Notes: a model not told the origin generated them from the sequence alone. A stretch of 64,000 bases of DNA from Promethearchaeota archaeon (GCA_048940605.1 JBHLOJ010000005.1:8254-72253); one strand, 5' to 3'. Shown: positions 42,530 through 52,842, counted from the stretch's first letter. A program made the numbers and translations.

Positions 42530-45442
42530 ATGAGAGATTATAGATATATTAAGTTCTTTGAAGATTTAAGAGTTGGCGATGTACCTCTTGTAGGAGGTAA
42601 AAATGCGTCTCTTGGTGAATTATTAAGCTTTGGGATTGCTGTCCCCTTAGGATTTGCTGTTACTTCAAATGCTTTTGATTATGTTTTAGATACTAACTAT
42701 TATACAATTAAGGAGAAAGAGGTTTCCCTCCGGGAATTGATTTCCAGAGACATAAAAAAAATATCAAACGAATTAAAATCAGAAGATATCAAAGCGGTGG
42801 AAAAAGTCGATAAAATTTGTGCAAATATTCGGTATGTTATCGAACAATCTAAGATTCCAGATTCACTCGCAGATGAGGTCTTAGACGCTTATAATAAATT
42901 AATTGTAAAAATTGGAGAAGAATCTACATTTGCAGTAAGAAGTTCTGCTACAGCTGAAGATCTTCCTGATGCTTCATTTGCGGGACAACAAGATACACAC
43001 TTAAACATATCTGGAGAAAAAAAAATATTAGAATATATCCTAAAGGACATGGCATCTGTATTTACGACAAGGGCAACTATGTATCGGGAACGGGCGGGTT
43101 TTGATCATTTCTCTGTGAAATTATCAGTGGGAATTCAGGAGCTTGCTGGAGGATTAGAAGGTGTAAAGGCATCTGGTGTAATGTTCACGGAAGATCCTGA
43201 TTCTGGCAATCCGAATGTCGTTGTTATCAGAGGAACCTGGGGTTTAGGAGAATTAATTGTACAAGGTATAGAAAAAGGGGATGAATTTATTGTTTTTAAA
43301 CATGATCCCAAGGAACTCAGAATTATTCGTCGAGAACTAGTAAATAAAGAAAAGATGATGATTTTTTCAAGAGGAACTGAAAAGATTGGGACTGAAGTCG
43401 TCTCTGTACCACAAGATAAACAATTGCAATATTGTCTAACTAAAGAAGAAGTCCTAACTCTTGCTAAATATGCGCAAAAAATTAGAGAACATTACGGCAG
43501 ACCGATGGATATTGAATGGGCTGTTGGCAATAACGGAAAAGTTTATATTGTTCAAGCACGCCCCGAAACCGTCCATAGTATAAAAGGTGATGTCGAAGAA
43601 ATATTTTATCTTCTTGAAGACCCAGAAGAATTAACCAGTAATAAGCTATTAGTTGAAAACTCAGGTATCGCTATTGGAAGAAGAATTGGTTATGGAAAAG
43701 TAAAAGTAATAGAATCAATAAATGATGCCCATCTATTAAAAGAGGGTGATATTCTTATTACAGAAGAGACTAACCCAGATTGGACTTCTTACATGCAGAG
43801 CTTAGGTGGTGTAATTACTGAACATGGTGGACCAACTTGCCACGCAGCCATAGTCTCTAGAGAACTAAATATCGCTTCAATTGTTGGCGCCGATGATATA
43901 GTTCAAACTATGAAAGAAAAACAACGAGATGGGATTGAGTACATAACCATTGATTGTAGTGAAGGACAACCTAGAATATGGTTAAAAGATGTAGAATATG
44001 ATTTTGATACAATTGAATTTTCAAAACTTCCAAGTACAGAAACAAAAGTTCTAGTAAATTTAGGAATTCCAAAAGGAGCACTCTCATCTGGTAAACACCC
44101 AGATGGGACGGGATTAGCAAGATTGGAATTTATAATTAATGACGAGATTCAGATTCATCCCAATGCACTAATAGATTTCGCAGCTTTAAATTTGAGATAT
44201 AATATACTTCTAGATCAAAGAAATAAGATTGAAAATATCAAAAAAAGTGATTTGTATCCAAAAGATCCATTTAACCGAGAAATTTTTAGACTAAAGCAAA
44301 CTCTTAACAAAATCAGAGAAATAACAGTTGGTTACGATGATAAAGAAGAATTTTACGTTGACAAACTAGCTGAAGGGATAGCAACTATTGCTGCAGGGGT
44401 ATGGAAGAAAATGCCTGATGGAAACCTTGCTGAATGTGTGGTTAGACTTTCAGATTTTAAGACTAATGAATATGCTAACCTTATTGGAGGTTGGATTTAT
44501 GAAGGAGAAGAGAATAATCCTATGTTGGGCTTCAGAGGTTGCTCTCGATATGTACACGATGAATTTCAACAAGCTTTTATGTTAGAATTAAGAGCGATTA
44601 AAAAGGCTAGAGATTGGGGATTAAAGAATATTATACCCATGCTTCCGTTTTGTCGGTCACCTGAAGAGGCAAGAAAGATAATGGAGATCATGGAAAGTGA
44701 AGGATTGATACGAGGACAAGATGATCTCAAAGTGTATGTTATGGCAGAAATTCCATCAAATATCATTTGTGCTGATATTTTTAGCGAGTTATTTGACGGT
44801 TTTTCTATAGGTAGTAACGATTTAACCCAACTTACTTATGGAGTTGGTCGAGATAATGAAAAAATGATTCCTCTAATGAATGATTATAATTATAATACAA
44901 ATAGTGAATCAATAAGAAGATCAGTCAGTCATTTAATCAAAATTGCTCATGAATTTGGGAGAAAAGTAGGAATATGCGGTCAAGCTCCGAGTGATGACCC
45001 CGATTTCCTTCGATTCTTAGTAAGGGAAGGCATTGATTCAATTTCTCTTAATTTTGATACATTTGCTCGGGGTCGTATTAATTGCTATAGAACAGAAATA
45101 ATAGAAACAAAACTCAATGAAGAAGATAAAATTAAATCTTACAATTTTCTAAATGAATGCGATAAACTGATAGAAAGGATTAGAATCCCGAGAGGAAAAC
45201 TTCGAAATATGGTTAGAAAACAAGGTAAAGAAGTAAATTCAAAACTATTGGAATTAACTGATCAGTTCAACCAGATTTTTGATACTATTCAAGATTTGTC
45301 ATACCAATTTATAAAAGAAATTGATCAAGGTAAAATTGACAAATTCGATAAGTATTATGAGAATTATAATAAAGAAGTCAGAGAGTTTAAAGAAAAGATT
45401 CCATTAGTGAAACGTGAAATCCGGGAGTTTGGTATTTACTAA
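42530..45442 (+). CDS. ppsA: phosphoenolpyruvate synthase (pyruvate, water dikinase) with a C-terminal coiled-coil extension
   Basis: GGKNASLGEL, DIEWA....VYIVQARPET, phospho-His swivel GGPTCHAAIVSREL, and GSNDLTQL in the PEP/pyruvate domain. 970 aa. Confidence 0.8.
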   Translation: MRDYRYIKFFEDLRVGDVPLVGGKNASLGELLSFGIAVPLGFAVTSNAFDYVLDTNYYTIKEKEVSLRELISRDIKKISNELKSEDIKAVEKVDKICANIRYVIEQSKIPDSLADEVLDAYNKLIVKIGEESTFAVRSSATAEDLPDASFAGQQDTHLNISGEKKILEYILKDMASVFTTRATMYRERAGFDHFSVKLSVGIQELAGGLEGVKASGVMFTEDPDSGNPNVVVIRGTWGLGELIVQGIEKGDEFIVFKHDPKELRIIRRELVNKEKMMIFSRGTEKIGTEVVSVPQDKQLQYCLTKEEVLTLAKYAQKIREHYGRPMDIEWAVGNNGKVYIVQARPETVHSIKGDVEEIFYLLEDPEELTSNKLLVENSGIAIGRRIGYGKVKVIESINDAHLLKEGDILITEETNPDWTSYMQSLGGVITEHGGPTCHAAIVSRELNIASIVGADDIVQTMKEKQRDGIEYITIDCSEGQPRIWLKDVEYDFDTIEFSKLPSTETKVLVNLGIPKGALSSGKHPDGTGLARLEFIINDEIQIHPNALIDFAALNLRYNILLDQRNKIENIKKSDLYPKDPFNREIFRLKQTLNKIREITVGYDDKEEFYVDKLAEGIATIAAGVWKKMPDGNLAECVVRLSDFKTNEYANLIGGWIYEGEENNPMLGFRGCSRYVHDEFQQAFMLELRAIKKARDWGLKNIIPMLPFCRSPEEARKIMEIMESEGLIRGQDDLKVYVMAEIPSNIICADIFSELFDGFSIGSNDLTQLTYGVGRDNEKMIPLMNDYNYNTNSESIRRSVSHLIKIAHEFGRKVGICGQAPSDDPDFLRFLVREGIDSISLNFDTFARGRINCYRTEIIETKLNEEDKIKSYNFLNECDKLIERIRIPRGKLRNMVRKQGKEVNSKLLELTDQFNQIFDTIQDLSYQFIKEIDQGKIDKFDKYYENYNKEVREFKEKIPLVKREIREFGIY

Positions 45443-45468
45443 GAAGTACTTAAAATCAAAAAAATTAT

Positions 45469-45490
45469 ATTGAAAAAAATATTTTTCAAT
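45469..45490 (+). terminator. A/T hairpin after ppsA
   Basis: ATTGAAAAA-aata-TTTTTCAAT, a 9-bp stem with a 4-nt loop, 27 nt after the stop codon. Confidence 0.3.
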
Positions 45491-45538
45491 CTAAATTTCT
45501 CACTAATTAAATACACTATTTTTGGAGATTTCTGAACA

Positions 45539-45814
45539 ATGACAAATAGATTTAGTGATGAAGTTCAAAATGCTTTTGATACTGTTGAAGAACTATTAAA
45601 TGGAATGATAGGGGATAGAGGTGTCCCCCGAAATATAAAAAGGGTGGCTCAAAGGAGTATCGAGGAATTACATAATGAAGATGAGACACCCGGCATAATC
45701 TCTAGCAATGTAATGTATATGGTTGATGATCTTGCGCAGGATGCCAACATACCATTTCATGCCCGCACAACAGTTTACCGAATCATTTCAATATTAGAAA
45801 ATATCAAAGATTAA
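45539..45814 (+). CDS. UPF0147-family small archaeal protein
   Basis: 91 aa with VPRNIKRVAQ...L...........D.N.P.H.RT..Y.I.S.LE, the pattern of the archaeal UPF0147 family. Confidence 0.55.
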   Translation: MTNRFSDEVQNAFDTVEELLNGMIGDRGVPRNIKRVAQRSIEELHNEDETPGIISSNVMYMVDDLAQDANIPFHARTTVYRIISILENIKD

Positions 45815-45890
45815 ACTACTATTATATATCCTTTCAATACTTAAGGAAATTACAAATATATTGAAAATATTTCCCCTAATAATCTTTAAT

Positions 45891-46631
45891 TTATAAATCG
45901 AGAGTTTCTATAAGGTTTTCAATAACATTAGGAAGTTCATACATATTTTTGACATAGAACGGAAATTGAGGTTTATATTCTCCGGTAATGCAAGCTTGAA
46001 TAATATTAGCTCCTACATTTAATGCATTCTCAAGAAATCGGGGTTGATCTTCAATTATTATAGCTTTAGTTGCATCCATTTTTGAATGTATAAAAATTTC
46101 TGCATAAAATTCTGGCTCAGATTTCCACGTATTAATCAAATCGGGTCCATAGAATTCTTTAAAATATTGAATAACTCCCATTGCTTTTAAGTACATCTTC
46201 ATTTCAGTTGAGTCTGCCCCTGCTGCGGTATAAAGAATAAAATCTCTCGAATGTAATTCTTTAATACTGTCAATTACTCCAGGGATTGCAGATCTGACCT
46301 TTGGTATAACATATTGCGTTGTCGCATTGAAAACTTCGAAATAGTTTATATTTTCTGGAAGTCTGTTCCCTGTTTCTCTAAACATCCCTGTAACCATCTT
46401 TTTTTTGAAATCATTATAGAAAGAGTTATAATCTCCAAATTTCTCCTTTATATCTCTTGAGAATTCGTTAAAAATTGAATTAATAAGTTTTTGGTTTGCT
46501 TCTCCCCAAGTTTCTGGATCCCCACCAAATCTCTTGGAATAATATTCTCCAACAAATGTTTTCCAATGCTCTCCACGAATCTTATTATCATTTAAAACAC
46601 CTCCATCATCAAAGAAAATAGCAAATGACAA
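45891..46631 (-). CDS. HAD-superfamily-like hydrolase (tentative)
   Basis: N-terminal IFFDDGGVLND and C-terminal IIIEDQPRFLENALNVGANII resemble HAD motifs I and IV. Motif I is not canonical DxDxT. Confidence 0.4.
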   Translation of the reverse strand: MSFAIFFDDGGVLNDNKIRGEHWKTFVGEYYSKRFGGDPETWGEANQKLINSIFNEFSRDIKEKFGDYNSFYNDFKKKMVTGMFRETGNRLPENINYFEVFNATTQYVIPKVRSAIPGVIDSIKELHSRDFILYTAAGADSTEMKMYLKAMGVIQYFKEFYGPDLINTWKSEPEFYAEIFIHSKMDATKAIIIEDQPRFLENALNVGANIIQACITGEYKPQFPFYVKNMYELPNVIENLIETLDL

Positions 46632-47061
46632 TTCTTCAGGCCTGATCTTTATTTATTCCAATTATAAAATGATAGTATAATGGAGATTTTATATTTAAAT
46701 TTTTTATTTTTAATTATCTATTTTATTTTTATAAAAAGGTAAACTCGGTGGTTAAAATCAAGGAAAATTTAGTAAAAAGATGAAAAATATTATTAAAATG
46801 AAGAATTATTAACAAAAGAGGTTATAAGATAAAACTTCCTGTATCATTAGTTAAAACATGGAATTATTATCTTGTTTTATTGATTAGTTTTTCCGTAAAT
46901 TCTTAATTATCTACAAACTACTTGAATAATTTATATTTTCTCCACTTTATTGGATTATTTAATCTTAAGCGAAGCATAAACAAGAGAATAAGTAAAGATG
47001 AAAGAAATTTTATGATTTATAAAGATAAATATTATGTAATCAAGCGAACAGAAAGACATAA

Positions 47062-47904
47062 ATGTCATTAGAAAAATTTCTGCATTGTCTAAGTTGTGGG
47101 AGAATTCTTAGTGGAAAAGAGGAAGCACATCCTTATTGTTCAGAATGTATATTAGATTTGGATTTTAAAGCAGCAGATATTAACCATAAAGAATTAGATA
47201 AAAATCTTCAGAGGATTTTGGATTTTTTTATTTCTGATGTGAGGTCTGCTTTTACAAAAGATCCCGCCGCAAAATCTCTACTAGAGGTTCTTACGAGTTA
47301 CCCTGGAATAAAAGCTATACTTCTCCATCGAATTGCACATTTCTTTTGGAAAATTGGTATGCCTTATCTCCCAAGATATTTATCTGATATTGCACGAGAA
47401 ATGACTGGTATAGAGATTCATCCAGGAGCAGAGATCGGAACTGAATTCTTCATAGATCACGGTGCAGGTGTTGTTATCGGAGAAACTACCGAAATTGGGA
47501 ATAATGTAACTCTTTATGCTGGAGTTGTATTAGGAGGAACTTCTTTAGAGCAAATAAAGAGACACCCCACAATCGGTAATAATGTGGTTTTAGGTACAGG
47601 CGCAAAAGTTTTAGGTCCAATCCGAATTGGCGATAATGTGAAAGTTGGGGCGAATTCTGTTGTGGTCACTGATGTACCTCCTAATTCAGTTGTAGTTGGA
47701 GTTCCAGGAAAAATTATTGCGAGAGAAGGTGAAGTAATTAAAAAGATAGACTTAGCCCATGGGGATCTTCCAGATCCTTTGGCTATTACACTTTCAACGT
47801 TAAATTCAAGGCTTGATTATCTTGAAAATAAACTCTTAAATCAAGAAGATCGTAAAAAACGCAATATTGAGATTTATTTTGGTGAATATGGAGATGGAAT
47901 TTAA
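47062..47904 (+). CDS. cysE: serine O-acetyltransferase with an N-terminal Zn-ribbon-like extension
   Basis: DPAA.S..E.L..YPG..A...HR.AH, GIEIHPGAEIG..FFIDHG.GVVIGET and hexapeptide repeats. The extra N-terminus is CLSCG...CSEC. Confidence 0.8.
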   Translation: MSLEKFLHCLSCGRILSGKEEAHPYCSECILDLDFKAADINHKELDKNLQRILDFFISDVRSAFTKDPAAKSLLEVLTSYPGIKAILLHRIAHFFWKIGMPYLPRYLSDIAREMTGIEIHPGAEIGTEFFIDHGAGVVIGETTEIGNNVTLYAGVVLGGTSLEQIKRHPTIGNNVVLGTGAKVLGPIRIGDNVKVGANSVVVTDVPPNSVVVGVPGKIIAREGEVIKKIDLAHGDLPDPLAITLSTLNSRLDYLENKLLNQEDRKKRNIEIYFGEYGDGI

Positions 47905-47967
47905 AGTCTATAATCAAAAACCTCCTATAAAAATAATTATAATTTAATATAAAAAAAGGTGAGATGT

Positions 47968-48891
47968 ATGCAAAAAATATTTAATAACATTATAGAAACA
48001 ATTGGAAATACTCCATTGGTAAAATTAAATCGAATTACTGAAAATATCAAACCAAATATATATGCTAAGATCGAAGCTTTTAACCCTGGTTCAAGTGTTA
48101 AAGATAGAATTTGTATGGCAATGATCAATACCGCTGAGGAAGCAGGGATTTTATCTAAGGAAATAACCGTTGTTGAACCCACGTCAGGTAATACAGGAAT
48201 TGGTTTAGCTTTAGTTTGTGCTGTAAAAGGTTATAAACTAATTCTTACGATGCCTGAAAGTATGTCTCTTGAAAGAAGGAAGATTTTAAAAGCTTATGGA
48301 GCAAAATTGGTATTAACCCCTGCTTCTGAAGGTATGAAGGGCGCTATAGAAAAAGCAGAAGAACTTGGCAGGGAAAATGATAAAATATTCATTCCTCAAC
48401 AATTTAAGAATCAAGCTAACCCAGAAATTCATAGAAAAACAACTGCTGAAGAAATTATTAGAGATTTAGATGGAAAAATACACGGTTTTGTAGCTGGAAT
48501 TGGAACCGGAGGTACTATAACGGGTATAGGTGAAATCTTAAAAGAAAAAGTAGGAAATTATGTAAAAATTTATGCTGTGGAACCAAAAGATTCTCCAATA
48601 TTGTCAGAAGGTAAATCAGGACCACATAAGATTCAAGGTATTGGTGCGGGGTTTGTTCCTGATGTACTTAATACAAAAATATATGATAAAATCATACAAG
48701 TTGCTTATGAAGATGCAGTAGACACATCTAGACAATTAGCAAAATTGGAGGGTATCTTCGTAGGCGTTTCCGCTGGTGCTGCTGTTTGGTCTGCAATTAA
48801 TGTAGCATCAAAAGACTTTGAAGAAGGGCAAAATATTGTTGTAATTTTACCCGACACAGGGGAGAGATACTTAACAACAGATTTATTTTAA
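47968..48891 (+). CDS. cysK: cysteine synthase A (O-acetylserine sulfhydrylase)
   Basis: IGNTPLV, PLP-Lys NPGSSVKDR, EPTSGNTGIGLA, GIGTGGTITG. I prefer the ATG at 47968, which follows an AGGTGA SD-like word, over the GTG at 47959. Confidence 0.85.
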   Translation: MQKIFNNIIETIGNTPLVKLNRITENIKPNIYAKIEAFNPGSSVKDRICMAMINTAEEAGILSKEITVVEPTSGNTGIGLALVCAVKGYKLILTMPESMSLERRKILKAYGAKLVLTPASEGMKGAIEKAEELGRENDKIFIPQQFKNQANPEIHRKTTAEEIIRDLDGKIHGFVAGIGTGGTITGIGEILKEKVGNYVKIYAVEPKDSPILSEGKSGPHKIQGIGAGFVPDVLNTKIYDKIIQVAYEDAVDTSRQLAKLEGIFVGVSAGAAVWSAINVASKDFEEGQNIVVILPDTGERYLTTDLF

Positions 48892-49191
48892 ATTTAAAAA
48901 ATTGAGTTAATATTGAAATATTATTCAAATTTTTTGTAAAATTAGAAGGGAAAGGTAAATTCAGCGTCTGATTTCAATGAAAATTCCTTTGAGATGACAA
49001 AGGCTTTTAAATCGTAATTATAAGATATTCTTCTTAAATTAAAATCGGTTTCTGTTTTGATAATATTCTTTACAAGATCGTGTTTCAAATATATTTTGAC
49101 CAATTATTTATTAAACTGAAAGGTCATATATTAAGTTAAGATTATATCTTTTTCCAATAAATTAATTTATTCAATTTGGTGAACTCTACTT

Positions 49192-49902
49192 TTGGCTTTA
49201 AAATTAAATGGATGGATTGATGGAATCACCGCATCAGGGGTGGTTCTTCTAGGCATTATATTCGGTCTCTTCTTTATCTATAAATCGCGAAAAACAGGGG
49301 CAAAATTACTTCTTTATTTAGGCTTGGCAAATATGCTTGCAGGATTAATGTTTTTAGGTGTATTTTCAGATTTCTTATTTGCCGTTTTTCTAAAAGAGAA
49401 TATAAAAAACAATGGAACTGTGGCCATATTATCATACATCTGGTTTGCACCTGTTATTATTACCGCAATGTATATTGGAACAGAACTTTTAGTCCCCAAA
49501 ATAAAGAAACATATTCTTATCATAATCTTGGTTATCTCAATCATTTTTGAAACAATAATTTTTATGGATCCTCTAAACTCTTTCAATTTTGATCCTGAAC
49601 CACCTGATGCACCTGATAGGGTTTTAATTGATTATAATGTTAATCTATTTACTCTTGCAGGAATGTTAATGGGAGGATTGTTATTGCTTGTGATAATATT
49701 CCTCGGATTGGGATTTCTAATTAAAGGTCTAGAATCCTCAGGAGTAGTTAGAAAAAATTTCTTGTATTTATCAGCAGGTTCTTTATGCTTTTGTATATTT
49801 GGCTTATTAGAAGGATTAACAGCTCCTGGAATTCTTATGGTTATAGTAAGAATAGGTTATCTTAGTTCATTTTGGTTGATGTATTTTGGATTAAAAGGTT
49901 AA
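49192..49902 (+). CDS. multi-pass membrane protein, function unknown
   Basis: 236 aa with a TTG start and about 7 hydrophobic helices. Confidence 0.5.
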   Translation: MALKLNGWIDGITASGVVLLGIIFGLFFIYKSRKTGAKLLLYLGLANMLAGLMFLGVFSDFLFAVFLKENIKNNGTVAILSYIWFAPVIITAMYIGTELLVPKIKKHILIIILVISIIFETIIFMDPLNSFNFDPEPPDAPDRVLIDYNVNLFTLAGMLMGGLLLLVIIFLGLGFLIKGLESSGVVRKNFLYLSAGSLCFCIFGLLEGLTAPGILMVIVRIGYLSSFWLMYFGLKG

Positions 49903-50013
49903 TTCTTTTTTTTTCCTTATCGATTATTATTTATATTAAAAAATTTTATTATTAGTTATATCCGAATATTTTACAATTGAACAATTGAATATTACTATCA
50001 TCCTTCGACTATT

Positions 50014-51054
50014 ATGGAAAGACAAATAATTAGGGGCATTATATACAATACTCTAGATGAGCAGATTGGTCCTAATCCTAAAGTATACCTACCAGAGGAT
50101 TTTTCTCAATTAGATTTACTCCATATTAGTGTCAAAACTTTTGCGGTTCTTACAGGTGAGGGAGGACTTATACCTGAATCCTTGGTCGTATTACCATTTC
50201 CATCCTTACAATTAAAAGGATTGACTAAATATATGCAATGGGAAGATCCTGATAAACGAGGTGGCGTTGGTCATGCCAATATCACAGTTTTGTTTCAAGA
50301 AATGGATGATGTAATTTTTTATAAATATATAAAGGAAATTTCAGTTCCTTTTAATGAAATTGTTCAAAATATTACGTTCTTAGAAAAATCTAATGCAAAT
50401 GAAGACCAATTTTTAAATGAATTAATAAACCTTGAAAATGGAATTACTGAACTTTTAGAGTATCTGAGAAATCAAGAATTAAAAGAATCTAAAATCGAAG
50501 CTTTAGATCAAGCCATAGATCGAAGTATGATTGATTTTCAATTTAAGATAATTGTAGTTGGGGATCCGACCGTTGGAAAAACAAGTTTAGTCTTAAGATA
50601 TACGAATAATGCATTTAGGAGATCATATGTTTCTACGATGGGAGTTCATGTTTCTAATAAAATTTTTAGAGCTGATGATTCTACAATTATTCAACTTGTT
50701 TTATGGGATGTGGGAGGTCAAGAAAGATTTAAAATTATGAGAAAACAGTTTTATCAAGGATCCGATGCGGTATTTTTAGTTTTTGACTTAACAAATCCTG
50801 AAACATTCAGTAATATCCCCGTTTGGTTTTCGGACATTAAAAAACAAATGGAATTACGTGGCGAAGATCTTATAGGTTATGTCATTGGTAATAAAAAAGA
50901 TTTGGAGAATGAAAAGAAAATTACTAGTGAGGATGCTCAAAGATTAGCCCAAAAGTTTAATTTAGAGTATCTTGAAACGTCAGCTTTATCGGGAGAAAAT
51001 GTAGATTATGCCTTCACAACTCTCGCTAAAATACTTTACAAGTCTAGAATGTAA
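50014..51054 (+). CDS. two-domain GTPase: novel N-terminal longin-like domain + Rab/Ras-like G domain
   Basis: G1 GDPTVGKTS, switch I YVSTMG, G3 WDVGGQERF, G4 GNKKDL, G5 ETSALSG. The N-terminal 125 aa align with the N-domains of ORFs at 24985 and 36455. Confidence 0.75.
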   Translation: MERQIIRGIIYNTLDEQIGPNPKVYLPEDFSQLDLLHISVKTFAVLTGEGGLIPESLVVLPFPSLQLKGLTKYMQWEDPDKRGGVGHANITVLFQEMDDVIFYKYIKEISVPFNEIVQNITFLEKSNANEDQFLNELINLENGITELLEYLRNQELKESKIEALDQAIDRSMIDFQFKIIVVGDPTVGKTSLVLRYTNNAFRRSYVSTMGVHVSNKIFRADDSTIIQLVLWDVGGQERFKIMRKQFYQGSDAVFLVFDLTNPETFSNIPVWFSDIKKQMELRGEDLIGYVIGNKKDLENEKKITSEDAQRLAQKFNLEYLETSALSGENVDYAFTTLAKILYKSRM

Positions 51055-51069
51055 AAAACACTAAATTTC

Positions 51070-51093
51070 TTCGTGAAAGACTTCTTTCACGAA
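51070..51093 (+). terminator. hairpin between the tandem GTPase paralogs
   Basis: TTCGTGAAAG-actt-CTTTCACGAA, a perfect 10-bp stem 16 nt after the stop, followed by an A/T-rich tract. Confidence 0.4.
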
Positions 51094-51219
51094 AAATATA
51101 AAAATTGTGATTATACTTATAAGGATATATAGGATTCTGTATTCTATTATTTATATTCTTTAAGATAAACTATTAAACTCCTAAAAAACCATTGTGATAT
51201 ATTCACAAGTTCATTAACT

Positions 51220-52245
51220 ATGTCTCAAGAGATTATCAAAGCAATCATATATACTTCGCTTGATGAAAACCTCGGTCCGAATCCTGTTTTATGGATTCCA
51301 CTTGATTTACCAGAAAAGATTCGTATGGGTGTAAGTATTAAAACTATTACTATGCTTACCACTGATCAAGGAATAGTTCCTAATTCATTAGTAATAATGC
51401 CTTTCCCTGCCTTCAAATTAAAAGGAATTATAAAATATATTGAGAGAGAAGATGACTCTCGACGAGGAGGTGTAGCATTATCATCAATAGCCCTGTTGTT
51501 TAATGAGACGGATGATCCTATTTTTTATAAGTATATGGAATATCTTGAGCCCATATTTTCTGAATGTGCTAACAACCTTATTGTTTTAGAAAATGGGGAA
51601 GCAAAAAGTGATGAAATCTTTATTGAGATACATCATTTCCGTCAAAAATTAACTGAATTATTAGATGATTTATATCAAAAAGAAATAACATCTTCTGAAA
51701 TAGAAGCTTTTCCTGAGGAGGAAATTAAAGAAGAATTACTAGAGTATAATTTCAAATTGATCGTATGTGGTGATCCAGGAGTAGGAAAAACTAGTACAAT
51801 TTTAAGATTCACAGATAACGCTTTTATGCGAACTTATGTGCCTACCCTTGGTGTAAGCATTTCCGAAAGACTAGTATCATTAGGAGATAAACACATCAAT
51901 CTAATTTTGTGGGATATCGCAGGACAATCAAAATTTGAAATAATGAGAAGACACTTTTATAAAGGTACCGACGCCGTGATTCTAATATTTGATCTGACAA
52001 ACCGTAAATCATTTGAAAGTGTTTCTAATTGGATTAATGATATAAGAAAATATGAGCAGGAAATAATAGGGCTAATTTTAGGAAATAAGGAAGATCTAAT
52101 AGGTGAGCGAAAAATTCCTACTGAAGAAGCCTTAGAGATTGCTAAAACTTTTAATTTTGAATATGCTGAAACATCTGCATTAACAGGTAAAAATGTAGAG
52201 CAAAGTTTTTATAAAGTAGCAGAAACTTTATTTAAATCAAAATAA
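51220..52245 (+). CDS. two-domain GTPase, tandem paralog of 50014..51054
   Basis: G1 GDPGVGKTS, G3 WDIAGQSKF, G4 GNKEDL, G5 ETSALTG. Same N-terminal domain (IIKAIIYTSLDENLGPNPVLWIP, MPFPAFKLKG, LLFNETDDPIFYKYMEYL). Confidence 0.75.
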   Translation: MSQEIIKAIIYTSLDENLGPNPVLWIPLDLPEKIRMGVSIKTITMLTTDQGIVPNSLVIMPFPAFKLKGIIKYIEREDDSRRGGVALSSIALLFNETDDPIFYKYMEYLEPIFSECANNLIVLENGEAKSDEIFIEIHHFRQKLTELLDDLYQKEITSSEIEAFPEEEIKEELLEYNFKLIVCGDPGVGKTSTILRFTDNAFMRTYVPTLGVSISERLVSLGDKHINLILWDIAGQSKFEIMRRHFYKGTDAVILIFDLTNRKSFESVSNWINDIRKYEQEIIGLILGNKEDLIGERKIPTEEALEIAKTFNFEYAETSALTGKNVEQSFYKVAETLFKSK

Positions 52246-52266
52246 TAGTTTTAAATTTGAAATAAT

Positions 52267-52842
52267 ATGGATCTAGAAGAAATTATAAACAAAAGGAGGA
52301 CCATACGGAGATTTAAACAAGACCCACTCTCTTTAGATATATTAAAAAAATTAGTAGATTTTGCTCGTGTTGCTCCTGCGGCAAGGAATATTCAAGCGAT
52401 TGAATATATTATTGTTGAAAATATGGAAATGAGAAAAAAATTATTTCCATTGGTAAGATGGGCAGGATCACTACCTGAGGAACAGAGAACCCCAGAACCG
52501 GGAAGAGAACCTACTGCATATATAATAGTGCTTGTAAACACAAAAATTAAAAGACCATTTGTAGATTTTGATGTAGGAGCCGCTGTTGAGAATATATTAC
52601 TTGGTGCAATAAACTTTGGAATTGGAAGTTGTTGGATGGCTGCGATAGATTATAAAAAAATACCAGAATTATTAGAGATCCCTGAACATTATGATTTAAA
52701 GCAAGTCATTAGTTTAGGATATCCAGATGAAGAATCTGTCATGGAAACTTACAAAGATTCATTCAAATATTGGAAAGACTCTGACGGGAAAATGCATGTT
52801 CCTAAAAGAGATTTAGATGATATAATTCTTAAAATATACTAA
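52267..52842 (+). CDS. nitroreductase-family flavoprotein
   Basis: RRTIRRF, APAARNIQA, and the size and pattern of the NfnB/NADH-oxidase nitroreductase fold. Confidence 0.75.
   Translation: MDLEEIINKRRTIRRFKQDPLSLDILKKLVDFARVAPAARNIQAIEYIIVENMEMRKKLFPLVRWAGSLPEEQRTPEPGREPTAYIIVLVNTKIKRPFVDFDVGAAVENILLGAINFGIGSCWMAAIDYKKIPELLEIPEHYDLKQVISLGYPDEESVMETYKDSFKYWKDSDGKMHVPKRDLDDIILKIY

Noticed and set aside
46632-47061. Unusually long (430 bp) intergenic region upstream of cysE, examined for a riboswitch or small gene.
   Set aside because: I see no conserved riboswitch core, no convincing stem set and no ORF with an RBS. It is probably just divergent promoter DNA. This cannot be excluded without covariance-model searches.
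47937-48182. 81-aa minus-strand ORF overlapping the cysK start.
   Set aside because: It is antisense to the conserved PLP-lysine region of cysK.
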